Below the pieces are notes generated by a model, which was not told the DNA's origin, searched no databases, and was given only the letters and a program-made list of their open reading frames with translations. The translations under genes and the position numbers were made by a program. A DNA stretch of 63,201 nucleotides, counting the filler, from Mycoplasmatota bacterium (lineage in GTDB: Bacteria > Bacillota_I > Bacilli_A > RF39 > UBA660), in the NCBI GenBank assembly GCA_012727915.1. It is 5 parts of 5 records of this genome, joined end to end, with 100 filler letters (N's around TTAATTAATTAA, not from the genome) between each part and the next. Parts side by side here need not be neighbours in the genome. Positions count along the whole stretch, not along the records: positions 1 to 26,547 come from JAAYGD010000004.1; 4 more parts are not named here. One strand, given 5' to 3'. Positions 1 to 9,708 of the stretch are shown here, piece by piece (within the stretch, counting starts at the first letter, position 1; the number at the start of each line of letters is the position of its first letter).

Positions 1-257
1 GCTTTAGCCATTTGCTTCATTACATCTTTTACTTGAACCCATTCTTCATCAGATTCTATTACTTCAAAAGAATATGTTCCATCTTTTTCAACTAAAATTG
101 ATGCATAAATTCTAACCATATCATTTTCATCAGGTTCATTTAAAGTATATAAAATATAATCCTTACCTGTTGATTTCATATTAAAAACAGTTAAAACTTC
201 TGCTTCTTTTTCTGTTCCATCTTCCGCTAAAACTATTATTGTTTGTTTTTCTTCCAT
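1..257 (-). CDS. DUF1292 (YrzB-like) small acidic protein, 3' end beyond window
   Basis: Not in ORF track. Manual translation MEEKQTIIVLAEDGTEKEAEVLTVFNMKSTGKDYILYTLNEPDENDMVRIYAS...IESDEEWVQVKDVMKQMAK; RBS GAGGTG upstream. Confidence 0.75.
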   Translation of the reverse strand, partial: MEEKQTIIVLAEDGTEKEAEVLTVFNMKSTGKDYILYTLNEPDENDMVRIYASILVEKDGTYSFEVIESDEEWVQVKDVMKQMAK

Positions 258-305
258 AATCGTTCACCTCTTTATTCTTTATTGATTTAATTATATCACA
301 ATTAA

Positions 306-587
306 TTATTTTTTGTATACCTTTTTTATAATAAAATACTTACAATTATAAGCACAGTTATTTTTTATATACTTATCTATATCTCTAATGTTATTTATAT
401 TATTTGCTTTCTTATTATTTAAGCCATAAAAACCTTTAAGTCTAAGCTTGCCATAAGCCCAATCTCCAATAATATAATCGAAATCATAAAAATAATCTGT
501 ATATTTTGATTTCAATTCTTCAAGATCAAATCCTTCTTTTTCATCTTTTTCTAATTCATATTCATTATTTTCTAATACTATTTTCAT
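306..587 (-). CDS. YutD/DUF1027 family protein
   Basis: DYIIGDWAYGKLRLKGFY and NCAYNCKYF motifs; start moved to the ATG after an AAGGAG RBS. Confidence 0.85.
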   Translation of the reverse strand: MKIVLENNEYELEKDEKEGFDLEELKSKYTDYFYDFDYIIGDWAYGKLRLKGFYGLNNKKANNINNIRDIDKYIKNNCAYNCKYFIIKKVYKK

Positions 588-588
588 A

Positions 589-2268
589 TTAATACTCCTT
601 AATATATGCACTATTTCTATTTTTATATCCCAATAAACTTGATGATGATGACCAAGTCATATATCCACCATCTAATTTAGCATCAAATAAAGCTTTAATT
701 TGTTGTTCAATTTCATTAGAATTATATTTATATCCTTGCATTGGATTTTGCGCTAAAATCCAAGTTCTAACTATTGCGGGTGTAGGTATTTCTTGCTGTC
801 TATTGTATGCTTCCTTTGACCAATTATACATTAAATCATAAGGCTTTTCCCAAGGAATGGGAATTCCATAAGAATTTAAAGCAAAATGATCAGGATAAGG
901 CATGCCACTTATTACATCAACTACATTTGATATTGCTGGCCAATATTGACCATATGCAGTTATATACTTATTAACCGATTCACCAAATACATCCGCAGAT
1001 ACATAGGCATTTAATTTGTGTATTTCATCACAAGCATACATTAAAAATCTTTGTATAGCTTGAATCTTTTCTTCCTCATATTCGTTTCTAAAATCTAAAC
1101 TATTATTTTTTTCTAATCCCACTATTCTATCTGGAAATCTTACGTAATCAAATTGTATTTCATTAAACCCCATTTCCTTAACTGCTTCTTTTGCAAGTTC
1201 AATGTTAAATTCCCATACAAATCTACTAAATGCACTTGGCCATGTTCCATCATCAAAAGATTTATTATATCTTTTATCATATATTCCAACCTCAGGATTA
1301 TCTTTAACTAAATAATCATCTTTAAATGCAGTTATTCTTCCTATTACATAAAAACCATTATCTTTTAATTTTTTTATAGCATTTTTATAATTATCAAAAC
1401 TATTAATAGCGTATTTATAATTAGTTGGAGACATCTTCTCATATACTTTGGATTTATAAGCAGGAGCTTTATAATCTTTAATATCTACTACAAAAGCATT
1501 TATCTTAGTTTTTTTAGCGTATTCTATGTAAGCATCAATATTTCCAATTATGTTTCTTCCTCCATTTAAATAAAAAGCATATACTTTTTCTGGCATAATA
1601 TTATCTTCAAAAATTGGTTTAGTAAATGGATAATAGTCTAAGCTTGCTCCAGTACCTCCAGCATTGCTATAAAAATCTCTTCTATTCTCGTGTATATTAT
1701 AATATTTATCGGGTTCATAATGTAATAGTGCTTCTTCTTCATCTAACACTATATATTTTGCATATACATAACTTTCTATACCATCTTTTAAAATTTTATA
1801 AGCATTTACTTCACCAGTATCTAACAATTGATCATAACCAATAACCTCTAATTTTTCTCCTTTATTTGAAACTCCATTTATTTTTGAGTTATTTATATTT
1901 TCATATAATGTTGTATGTGTTCTAACATATATTTCTTTTTCTTTCACTATTTCTATTCTATCTTTTACTAAATCTTCCTTTAAAACGAATACTTTTTTAT
2001 TATTATAAGTTATCTCAATATAATCATTTTCATCATTATAATTTTTTTCATTTACTATTATTTTATATCCTCTATTTACTTCATCTATCTTTTCATTATT
2101 TAAATCATATAAAGAAGCCATATTCTCTTTGCTCGAAATATATAAGTGAACATATTTTTCTTTCACTTCTTCTTTTTTATTTGATGTTAATATAATTAAA
2201 AATATAATTATAAGAATTAAATCAATTAATATTAGTATAATATTTTTCCACTTCAATTTTCTTTTCAT
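589..2268 (-). CDS. Membrane-anchored putative glycoside hydrolase (DUF4015-like TIM barrel) with SH3-like N-terminal region
   Basis: N-terminal TM helix; INAFVVDIKD, IGRITAFKD, GFNEIQFDYVRFP, VSADVFG and MPYPDHF motifs. Confidence 0.75.
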   Translation of the reverse strand: MKRKLKWKNIILILIDLILIIIFLIILTSNKKEEVKEKYVHLYISSKENMASLYDLNNEKIDEVNRGYKIIVNEKNYNDENDYIEITYNNKKVFVLKEDLVKDRIEIVKEKEIYVRTHTTLYENINNSKINGVSNKGEKLEVIGYDQLLDTGEVNAYKILKDGIESYVYAKYIVLDEEEALLHYEPDKYYNIHENRRDFYSNAGGTGASLDYYPFTKPIFEDNIMPEKVYAFYLNGGRNIIGNIDAYIEYAKKTKINAFVVDIKDYKAPAYKSKVYEKMSPTNYKYAINSFDNYKNAIKKLKDNGFYVIGRITAFKDDYLVKDNPEVGIYDKRYNKSFDDGTWPSAFSRFVWEFNIELAKEAVKEMGFNEIQFDYVRFPDRIVGLEKNNSLDFRNEYEEEKIQAIQRFLMYACDEIHKLNAYVSADVFGESVNKYITAYGQYWPAISNVVDVISGMPYPDHFALNSYGIPIPWEKPYDLMYNWSKEAYNRQQEIPTPAIVRTWILAQNPMQGYKYNSNEIEQQIKALFDAKLDGGYMTWSSSSSLLGYKNRNSAYIKEY

Positions 2269-2275
2269 ATTGACC

Positions 2276-3010
2276 TCAATTTGAATTTATTAAATATTGA
2301 GATACCAAATAAAATATTCCAATTAAAATTGCTATTACAATTAAAAAAATTAAAGTAATCATTTTAGAAAAACTTTTTTCATCTTTAGAATTTGAATTTA
2401 AATCTTCAAAGTCATCTTTTTCAAATTCAAAAGTATTTGAATTTGGCTTTAAATCTAATTTGCGATTATTTATTGAAGAATTAGTAAGTTCTTCTTCATC
2501 ATTTCCTTTTAAATCTTTAAATAAGTCTAATGTTTTTTCTTCATTATCCGTTATTTTTTCCATCATTTGTGATAAATCTTTTTCTTGAGTAAAAAAATCA
2601 GATTCTTTTGAAGTAACAGATAATCCCTTTAATATATCATATTGTGTGTTTGATATTTTTCTAATCTTTTCGGAATCTTCTTCTATTCCATCTTTCTTTT
2701 TTTTAATTAATTCATTTATATCATAATCTTTTGTATCAGGTTCATCTAAATCAACACTAATTCTTTCTTGTTTTTTTTCTTCAATACCAATAATACTACT
2801 ATATTCTCTTGATTTCTTATATGTTTCTCTACTACTCATCATTTCTTTAATTCTATTAATATCTATTTCATTTACATTATCAATAAGAGTAATATTACTA
2901 GTTGGATCTTTTTTTTCAACATAAATTTCATCATATAAAAAACTATTTTTATCTTCTCTTCTTGGAGATTCATTATTATCTTTATGAAATTTTTCCATTC
3001 TAGTTTTCAT
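2276..3010 (-). CDS. Hypothetical acidic protein with C-terminal membrane anchor
   Basis: 244-aa ORF, D/E/K-rich, single C-terminal hydrophobic helix, GGTG RBS. Confidence 0.6.
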   Translation of the reverse strand: MKTRMEKFHKDNNESPRREDKNSFLYDEIYVEKKDPTSNITLIDNVNEIDINRIKEMMSSRETYKKSREYSSIIGIEEKKQERISVDLDEPDTKDYDINELIKKKKDGIEEDSEKIRKISNTQYDILKGLSVTSKESDFFTQEKDLSQMMEKITDNEEKTLDLFKDLKGNDEEELTNSSINNRKLDLKPNSNTFEFEKDDFEDLNSNSKDEKSFSKMITLIFLIVIAILIGIFYLVSQYLINSN

Positions 3011-3116
3011 ATAATCACCAACCTATTATAATAATAACATATTATTGACATTTTTTAAATAAATAAGGTTGATTTTAAAAGCATTATTAAATATAATTAT
3101 TTATGGTGGTGATAAA

Positions 3117-3305
3117 ATGTTTTTTGTAGAAAAAGATAAATGCATCGGTTGTGGTTCTTGTGTAAATATTGCACCAGAAGTATTTGAATTTGATAGCGAC
3201 AACCTTGCAAAAGCAAAAGAAAATGTTGGAGACGAATTTAAAGATATAGGAATGGAAGCTTTAGAAAACTGTCCAACAAACGCAATTGTTTATAAAAAAG
3301 AATAA
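3117..3305 (+). CDS. Monocluster ferredoxin
   Basis: CIGCGSC...APEVF...CPTNAI; start moved to ATG 3117 after GGTGGTG RBS. Confidence 0.9.
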   Translation: MFFVEKDKCIGCGSCVNIAPEVFEFDSDNLAKAKENVGDEFKDIGMEALENCPTNAIVYKKE

Positions 3306-3309
3306 TTAA

Positions 3310-4026
3310 TTATTCTTTTTTATTTGCCAAAGCATATAATTGTTTAATTTCTTTAGGTTTTAATTTTCTTTTTTTGCCGGATATTAAACCCTCTAATGTT
3401 AATAATCCTATTCTTACTCTAGTTAATTTCACAACATCAAACCCAATACTTTCAAACATTTTTTTAATTTCATGATTTTTTCCTTCATGAATAGTAATTT
3501 CTACAATAGAATTTTTATCGTCAGAACTTTTTATTTTAACTCTATCTGGAATACACAAATCTCCATCTATATTTATGCCTTGTTTTAATAATCTTACATG
3601 TTCGCCTTTCATTATAGGTTTAACTTTTGCAATATATACCTTTTCTATATTGTTTTTTGGATGAGTCATCATATTTGCAAATTCTCCATCATTTGTTATT
3701 ATCAATAATCCAGTAGTATCATAATCTAATCTTCCAACTGGATATAATCTTGTTTCCGTTTCAAAATAATCCATTACTGTCTTTCTTTTTTTATCATCAG
3801 ATGTAGTTGTAACAACTCCTCTAGGTTTATTAAACAAATAATATTCTTTGTCTTGCTTTTCTAATTTGTATCCATCTATTATTACAACATCATTCCCATC
3901 CACTTTTGTTCCAAGTTCTGTAATAATTTTATTATTAACTAATACTTTCCCTTTTTTAATTAATTCCTCAGCTTTTCTTCTTGAACAATATCCAGACTCA
4001 GATATATATTTTTGTAATCTTTCCAT
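3310..4026 (-). CDS. rluB: rRNA pseudouridine synthase (RluB/RsuA family)
   Basis: S4 domain MERLQKYI...SRRKAE; catalytic VGRLDYDTTGLL. Confidence 0.85.
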   Translation of the reverse strand: MERLQKYISESGYCSRRKAEELIKKGKVLVNNKIITELGTKVDGNDVVIIDGYKLEKQDKEYYLFNKPRGVVTTTSDDKKRKTVMDYFETETRLYPVGRLDYDTTGLLIITNDGEFANMMTHPKNNIEKVYIAKVKPIMKGEHVRLLKQGINIDGDLCIPDRVKIKSSDDKNSIVEITIHEGKNHEIKKMFESIGFDVVKLTRVRIGLLTLEGLISGKKRKLKPKEIKQLYALANKKE

Positions 4027-5403
4027 TTAAAACTCACAATTTCCCGGAGTTCTTGGATAAGGAATAACATCTCTAATGTTTTCTACACCAGTTAGATATA
4101 TCAACAATCTTTCAAATCCCATTCCAAAACCAGAATGAATAGTACCACCATATCTTCTTAAATTTAAGTACCAATCAAGAGATTCATAAGGAACATTTTT
4201 TTCTTTCATTATTTTTTTCATTACTTCTAATCTCTCTTCTCTTTGAGAACCACCCATTAATTCCCCTGCACCGGGAACTAATAAATCAACTGCCGCTACA
4301 GTTTTATTATCGTCATTTAATCTCATATAAAAAGCTTTTATATCTTTAGGCCAATTTGTAATGAATACTGGGGATTTAAAATGAACTTCTGTTAAATATT
4401 TTTCATGTTCAGTAGCGATATCTTTACCTTGTTCAGGTTTTATTTCAAAATCTTTTTTAGAATTAATTAATATGTTTATAGCGTCTTCATGAGTTACCTT
4501 AGCAAAATTACTTTTTAAAATAGATTCTAATTTATTTAATAATGTAGTATCCACAAATTTATTTAAAAATTCCATTTCTAAAGGGCAATTATCTAAAACA
4601 TATTTTATAATATACTTTAAAAAATCTTCTTCCATATTCATTAAACAATCTAAATCACAAAACGCCAATTCTGGTTCAATCATCCAAAATTCTGAAGCAT
4701 GTATTTTTGTATTAGATACTTCTGCTCTAAAAGTAGGACCAAAAGTATATATCCTTTTAAATGCATGCGCAAAAGTTTCTCCTTCTAATTGACCAGTTAC
4801 ACATAATCCAACCTTTTTCCCAAAAAAATCTTTATCATATTCTACTTTCTTTGATGCCGCTACTCTGTCTAAATCTAAAGTAGTAATTTGAAATAGCTCT
4901 CCAGCTCCCTCTCCATCATTAGAAGTAATTATAGGAGTATGTACATAAATATAATTATTATCTTGAAAATACTTATGAATAGCCATTGAAGTAACACTTC
5001 TTATTCTAAATACAGCTTGAAACAGATTTGTTCTTGGTCTTAGATACGCAATTTCTCTTAAAAATTCTCTTGAATGACTCTTTGGTTGCAAAGGATAGTC
5101 ATCATCACAATCACCTAATACTTCAATTTTATCTAATTTTAATTCAAACTCTTGACCTTTAGAAGGGGAGTCAATTAAAATACCATATGCTCTTATAGCG
5201 CTTCCTAATTTAACTTTTTGAATTTCATCAAAGTTACTATTGCTATCATCATAAACTAATTGAATAGTCTTAAAATATGTTCCATCATAAACATCTATAA
5301 AACCATATTCTTTTTGTTTTCTATGATTTTTAACCCATCCTTCAATTATTAAATCTTCATTTATTAATTTTTCTATATAAATATCTTTAATATCTTTTAG
5401 CAT
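4027..5403 (-). CDS. asnS: Asparagine-tRNA ligase
   Basis: YTFGPTFRAE, EFWMIEPE, GGSQREER and HSGFGMGFER motifs. Confidence 0.97.
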   Translation of the reverse strand: MLKDIKDIYIEKLINEDLIIEGWVKNHRKQKEYGFIDVYDGTYFKTIQLVYDDSNSNFDEIQKVKLGSAIRAYGILIDSPSKGQEFELKLDKIEVLGDCDDDYPLQPKSHSREFLREIAYLRPRTNLFQAVFRIRSVTSMAIHKYFQDNNYIYVHTPIITSNDGEGAGELFQITTLDLDRVAASKKVEYDKDFFGKKVGLCVTGQLEGETFAHAFKRIYTFGPTFRAEVSNTKIHASEFWMIEPELAFCDLDCLMNMEEDFLKYIIKYVLDNCPLEMEFLNKFVDTTLLNKLESILKSNFAKVTHEDAINILINSKKDFEIKPEQGKDIATEHEKYLTEVHFKSPVFITNWPKDIKAFYMRLNDDNKTVAAVDLLVPGAGELMGGSQREERLEVMKKIMKEKNVPYESLDWYLNLRRYGGTIHSGFGMGFERLLIYLTGVENIRDVIPYPRTPGNCEF

Positions 5404-5484
5404 ACTTTCCTCCGTTTTTTATATTATATCATTTTTTTATTCATATTTTTATTATTTTATTATATAATTATAATGAGGTGAATT

Positions 5485-6285
5485 ATGGAATTAATAAAAT
5501 ACATAATCCTTGGAATAATACAAGGATTTACTGAACCAATACCTGTATCTTCAAGTGGACATTTATTATTATTTAAAAACATATTTTATATGGATGCTTT
5601 AAATGATCTTAATTTTGAAATTATAGTTAATTTTGGAAGTCTAATTGCAATTGTATACATTTATAGAAAAGAAATCTTAGAAATATTTAATGGATTTATT
5701 AATTACATAAAAACAAAAAATAAAAAATTTAAAGATGAATTTAATTATGTTATGTTTATCATAATAGCCACTATTCCAGTTGGAATATTAGGTTATTTAT
5801 TAAAAGATTATATAGAAATGTATAACACCACTAAAACTGTAGGCATATCATTACTAGTTACATCTGCGCTACTATATTTGATTACAAAAACTAATGGTAA
5901 AAAAACAGAGAAAGATATGAACTATAAAGATGCTTTATATGTTGGATTTATGCAAGTATTTGCACTTATCCCTGGAATAAGTAGAAGTGGTATGACCTTA
6001 TCATCTGGAATGTTTAGAAACTTAAAAAAAGAAGTAGCATTAAAATATAGTTTCATGTTATATATACCAATAAGTATTGCAACTATGATATTAGGAATGA
6101 GTGATTTCGTTAGTAGTTCTTCATTTAGTGATTTATGGTTATCTTATTTACTTGGTATGATTGCTTCTACAATCGTTACATATTTTACATTTAAGTGGTT
6201 TAGAAATATTTTATTAAAAGATAAGATTAAATATTTTGTAATATATTGCTTTATAGCAGGATTAATTGCTCTATTAGTATTATAA
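5485..6285 (+). CDS. uppP: Undecaprenyl-diphosphate phosphatase
   Basis: GIIQGFTEPIPVSSSGHL and PGISRSGMT motifs; multi-pass membrane protein. Confidence 0.95.
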   Translation: MELIKYIILGIIQGFTEPIPVSSSGHLLLFKNIFYMDALNDLNFEIIVNFGSLIAIVYIYRKEILEIFNGFINYIKTKNKKFKDEFNYVMFIIIATIPVGILGYLLKDYIEMYNTTKTVGISLLVTSALLYLITKTNGKKTEKDMNYKDALYVGFMQVFALIPGISRSGMTLSSGMFRNLKKEVALKYSFMLYIPISIATMILGMSDFVSSSSFSDLWLSYLLGMIASTIVTYFTFKWFRNILLKDKIKYFVIYCFIAGLIALLVL

Positions 6286-6301
6286 AAAAATTAACAAATT
6301 G

Positions 6302-7378
6302 TTAATTTTTTTCTTCTTCATTATCTAACTTATTAACTTCTACTCTATTAATAGATTCAAATTTATTTGATATTTTTTCTGTAGTTACATGAACATCCTT
6401 AACATCTCTAGATACCTTATCTATACTCTTAGAAAGATCATCCCATCTTTCTCTATATCTTCCAAATTCAAGACTTAGTGCATTTAATTCTTTTTGAATA
6501 ATCAAAGCATATTTATCTCTCTCAATATTATGTATTACTGTTTGAACAACTGTTAGCATTGACATTAATGTTGTCGGAGATGTTAACCAAATTCTTTTCT
6601 TATAAGCATAATCAACAATATCTTGATGATAAGCATATAGTTCTGCGAACAAAGCTTCCGCTGGTAAAAACATAAAAGCTTGATCAGAAGTAACATTAGT
6701 TATTATATATTTACTAGCAATATCATCAATATGTTTTTTTACGTCTATTTTAAATTTTTTCTCATAATTATCTCTTTCTATTTTACTTATATTTTTATCT
6801 ACCATATTTTGATAATTTTCTAAAGGGAATTTTGAATCGATTGCTATAAGTCCTAAAGGTTCAGGAGCATATATTACTGCATCCGCTAAAGTTCCGTTTT
6901 CAAATTTATGTTGTAATTCATATATTTTTAAATTATTCTCACCAAATATACTTGATAAAATATGCTTTAAAGTTACTTCTCCAAAAGTACCTCTACTTTT
7001 TTTATCAGTCAATATTCCTTGTAAAGATACTATATCAGTAGACAATGAATCAATTTTCTTTTGTGCCTCATCAATTTTTGTCAATCTTTCTACTATTGAA
7101 GTAAAGGTTTTATTTGTTTTTTCAAAATTTAAATCCAATCTTTCAGTTACTTTGTTATTTATAAGATTTAATCTGTCTTCAATTTTTCTATTTAAACCCT
7201 CAAAATCTTGAAATAATGTTCTTGTAAAATCACTTTTAAAATCACCAATTTCCTTAGTTATATTTGTTTCTAATTTTCCTAATCTTTCAGTAATATTTCC
7301 TTCACTAATATTCTTAAACAAAGATATAGTTACTAATATTACTAATAAAACTAATAATCCTATAATTATATATTCCAT
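6302..7378 (-). CDS. rmuC: DNA recombination protein RmuC
   Basis: N-terminal TM, coiled coil, KSRGTFGE, IDSKFPLENY, FMFLPAE, TSPTTL. Confidence 0.92.
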   Translation of the reverse strand: MEYIIIGLLVLLVILVTISLFKNISEGNITERLGKLETNITKEIGDFKSDFTRTLFQDFEGLNRKIEDRLNLINNKVTERLDLNFEKTNKTFTSIVERLTKIDEAQKKIDSLSTDIVSLQGILTDKKSRGTFGEVTLKHILSSIFGENNLKIYELQHKFENGTLADAVIYAPEPLGLIAIDSKFPLENYQNMVDKNISKIERDNYEKKFKIDVKKHIDDIASKYIITNVTSDQAFMFLPAEALFAELYAYHQDIVDYAYKKRIWLTSPTTLMSMLTVVQTVIHNIERDKYALIIQKELNALSLEFGRYRERWDDLSKSIDKVSRDVKDVHVTTEKISNKFESINRVEVNKLDNEEEKN

Positions 7379-7379
7379 A

Positions 7380-7955
7380 TTAATTCTCCTTTATTTTATT
7401 TTTTAATATTAAAGAAACTAAATAAGTTAATAATACTATTAAACACATTTGTATTAATTTCCAAATATCTCCACTACTAGTTATTACTGTTTTCCCAACA
7501 TAACTCCAAAAGAATATAATAGAAGGTTTAGAAATTAATACTGCTGGTATAAACTTCTTTGGGCTCATATTAGATAAGCCTGATGAAATGTTAATTGCAA
7601 AAGCAGGAGTAAATGGTAATGCCATTAATACAACTAATGCTGGAAATGAAACCTTTTTAATATAAGTTAATGTATCTCTAACTTTACTATCGTTTTTCAT
7701 ATCTCTATCCCATCTTTGACCGAACCCTTTTTTAAATGAATAAAATGATAATAAACAACCCAAACAAGTCGCAAACCAATTAATTATAAATCCTAAAATA
7801 GGACCAAAAGCAATAGCGTTAAATGATAAGAATACTGCTAAAGGTAATATTGGGAACACTGATTCTAATATAATAATAAATACACCAAATAAAGGGCCCA
7901 ATTCCTTTAAATTATTTATAAAAAAGTCTACTATTTGACCAAATATTTCTTGCAT
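7380..7955 (-). CDS. TVP38/DedA (VTT domain) membrane protein
   Basis: ILESVFPILPL and PFTPAFAINISSGLS motifs. Confidence 0.85.
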   Translation of the reverse strand: MQEIFGQIVDFFINNLKELGPLFGVFIIILESVFPILPLAVFLSFNAIAFGPILGFIINWFATCLGCLLSFYSFKKGFGQRWDRDMKNDSKVRDTLTYIKKVSFPALVVLMALPFTPAFAINISSGLSNMSPKKFIPAVLISKPSIIFFWSYVGKTVITSSGDIWKLIQMCLIVLLTYLVSLILKNKIKEN

Positions 7956-7962
7956 ATATCTC

Positions 7963-9285
7963 CTAATTTGCTATAACATAAGGATTAACTTGTGAACCGG
8001 TTCCTCCTGTTATTATTACATTTTTTCTTAAAGTAACAACTGGTCTTACACCTAAACTCGATGAAGCTGCAACATTATATATTGTTCCTGATACGCTTAA
8101 ACCGTGATTTACCCAAGAATAAGTCCCCGTTGCTATCAATGTTCTAGTACTTTGATCAGTATAAATATAATTTTGATTTCTACATTGATATTGCCCTCTT
8201 GCTGTACAAGTAGATTCTGTAGATGCATTTAAGAACTCTTCTGGATATAACAATCTCATATATTTATCCTTTAAAGGAAATACTGATTTTCCTCCTGTTT
8301 TTCCAATAACATCACAAGAATCTTTAACATACGAACTAGTTAAGTAATCTGCTCTATTTAAACCTATTACTGTCCCATACTTATTTAGACAAATATCAAT
8401 TTTCTCTAACATTTTACTATAAGTCATTATAGTTGTTTTTTCATATCCTGTATCTCCAAACAATCTGTTATACATAAAACTGAATTGTCTATACTCTGCA
8501 GGGGAATATGCGGGAAGAGGAGCATTTTCAAGCAAATCTGAATATCCATAATTAGTTGCTGGTTGACTATAATAAATACTTGCTGGAGTATTGTGTACAT
8601 TATCAAATACAGATGAAAAAGCAGATCTATCTCTTACAATAGTAATTGTTTCATCTTCATTAATACTCACTATTCTATAACATGAATTAGTTGAAGAAGC
8701 ACAATTTATATTGCTTGTATCCCATGGCGCTATTAAATAATTATTAGGTTGAGTTCCACTATTTGTATCAGTTAAGTAACCATCAGAAGTTGCTAAACCT
8801 ACTGAGTTAGTCTTTGTAATTCCACCTCTAAAAATATATTTGTTATCCCATTTATACAAACCATTTCCAGCATATTTATTTATTGATATATCCTTACCAG
8901 CTACAGTAGCCAATAAAGTATTTTTTAAATAAGTTGGACTTGAGGCAGTATTAACTAATTCATAAACTAAAGCATCGTTATTTGCAGTATCAATTTTAGA
9001 ATAAACATAACCCGTAATTGGATTATCAGTTATAGGATCTTTTATTGGACATTTCAAATAATTTTTGCATAATGTAGTCATTAACATTGGTTCTGCTAAA
9101 CCAATATTATAATCTGATGCATATATTTCAGCAGCAGTTGTAATCATATTAACTACTTCTTCCTTAGACTTTTCCTTTGAAGAATCAAGTAAATCTGAAA
9201 TTGAAGGAATAGAAATAACAACTATAATAGAAACTAAAACAAGAACTACTAATATTTCAATTAATGTAAATCCTTTTTTATTCAT
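7963..9285 (-). CDS. Type IV prepilin-like protein with large Cys-containing C-terminal domain (minor pilin/adhesin)
   Basis: Class III signal KKG|FTLIE plus hydrophobic helix; C-terminus GVRPVVTL...ITGGTGSQVNPYVI. Confidence 0.85.
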   Translation of the reverse strand: MNKKGFTLIEILVVLVLVSIIVVISIPSISDLLDSSKEKSKEEVVNMITTAAEIYASDYNIGLAEPMLMTTLCKNYLKCPIKDPITDNPITGYVYSKIDTANNDALVYELVNTASSPTYLKNTLLATVAGKDISINKYAGNGLYKWDNKYIFRGGITKTNSVGLATSDGYLTDTNSGTQPNNYLIAPWDTSNINCASSTNSCYRIVSINEDETITIVRDRSAFSSVFDNVHNTPASIYYSQPATNYGYSDLLENAPLPAYSPAEYRQFSFMYNRLFGDTGYEKTTIMTYSKMLEKIDICLNKYGTVIGLNRADYLTSSYVKDSCDVIGKTGGKSVFPLKDKYMRLLYPEEFLNASTESTCTARGQYQCRNQNYIYTDQSTRTLIATGTYSWVNHGLSVSGTIYNVAASSSLGVRPVVTLRKNVIITGGTGSQVNPYVIAN

Positions 9286-9293
9286 ATTATCTC

Positions 9294-9629
9294 CTATTCT
9301 TCATATCTATATGATAATTCATTATTAGCATTTAAATAACTTGTTACATAACCAGCCATTGCCACATTGTCTATAGGATCTATTATTGGGCATTGAAGAT
9401 ATGAATTTTCACATAAAGTTGATACAGTAACGTTAGATCCTAAAGTTAAATTATTATTAACAAAATAAAGTTTTCCAGAATTAACAATTAATTCTACTAA
9501 CTTTTCTTTTTCTTTGATTTTATTTTCCTCTCTTGTAGAAATAAAACTTGGAATAGCAATAGCTAATATTATTCCAAGCAACGCTATTATAGATATTACC
9601 TCTATCATTGTAAAAGCTTTATTATTCAT
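9294..9629 (-). CDS. Small type IV prepilin (ComGC-like size)
   Basis: NKA|FTMIE signal, hydrophobic helix ending IAIP, TLCENSYLQCPIIDP. Confidence 0.85.
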   Translation of the reverse strand: MNNKAFTMIEVISIIALLGIILAIAIPSFISTREENKIKEKEKLVELIVNSGKLYFVNNNLTLGSNVTVSTLCENSYLQCPIIDPIDNVAMAGYVTSYLNANNELSYRYEE

Positions 9630-9708
9630 ATAATCACCTACTATATATTATTATATAATTATTAGGTGATAAAATCAAACAATAAATAAAAAGAATAATG
9701 AATAATCA

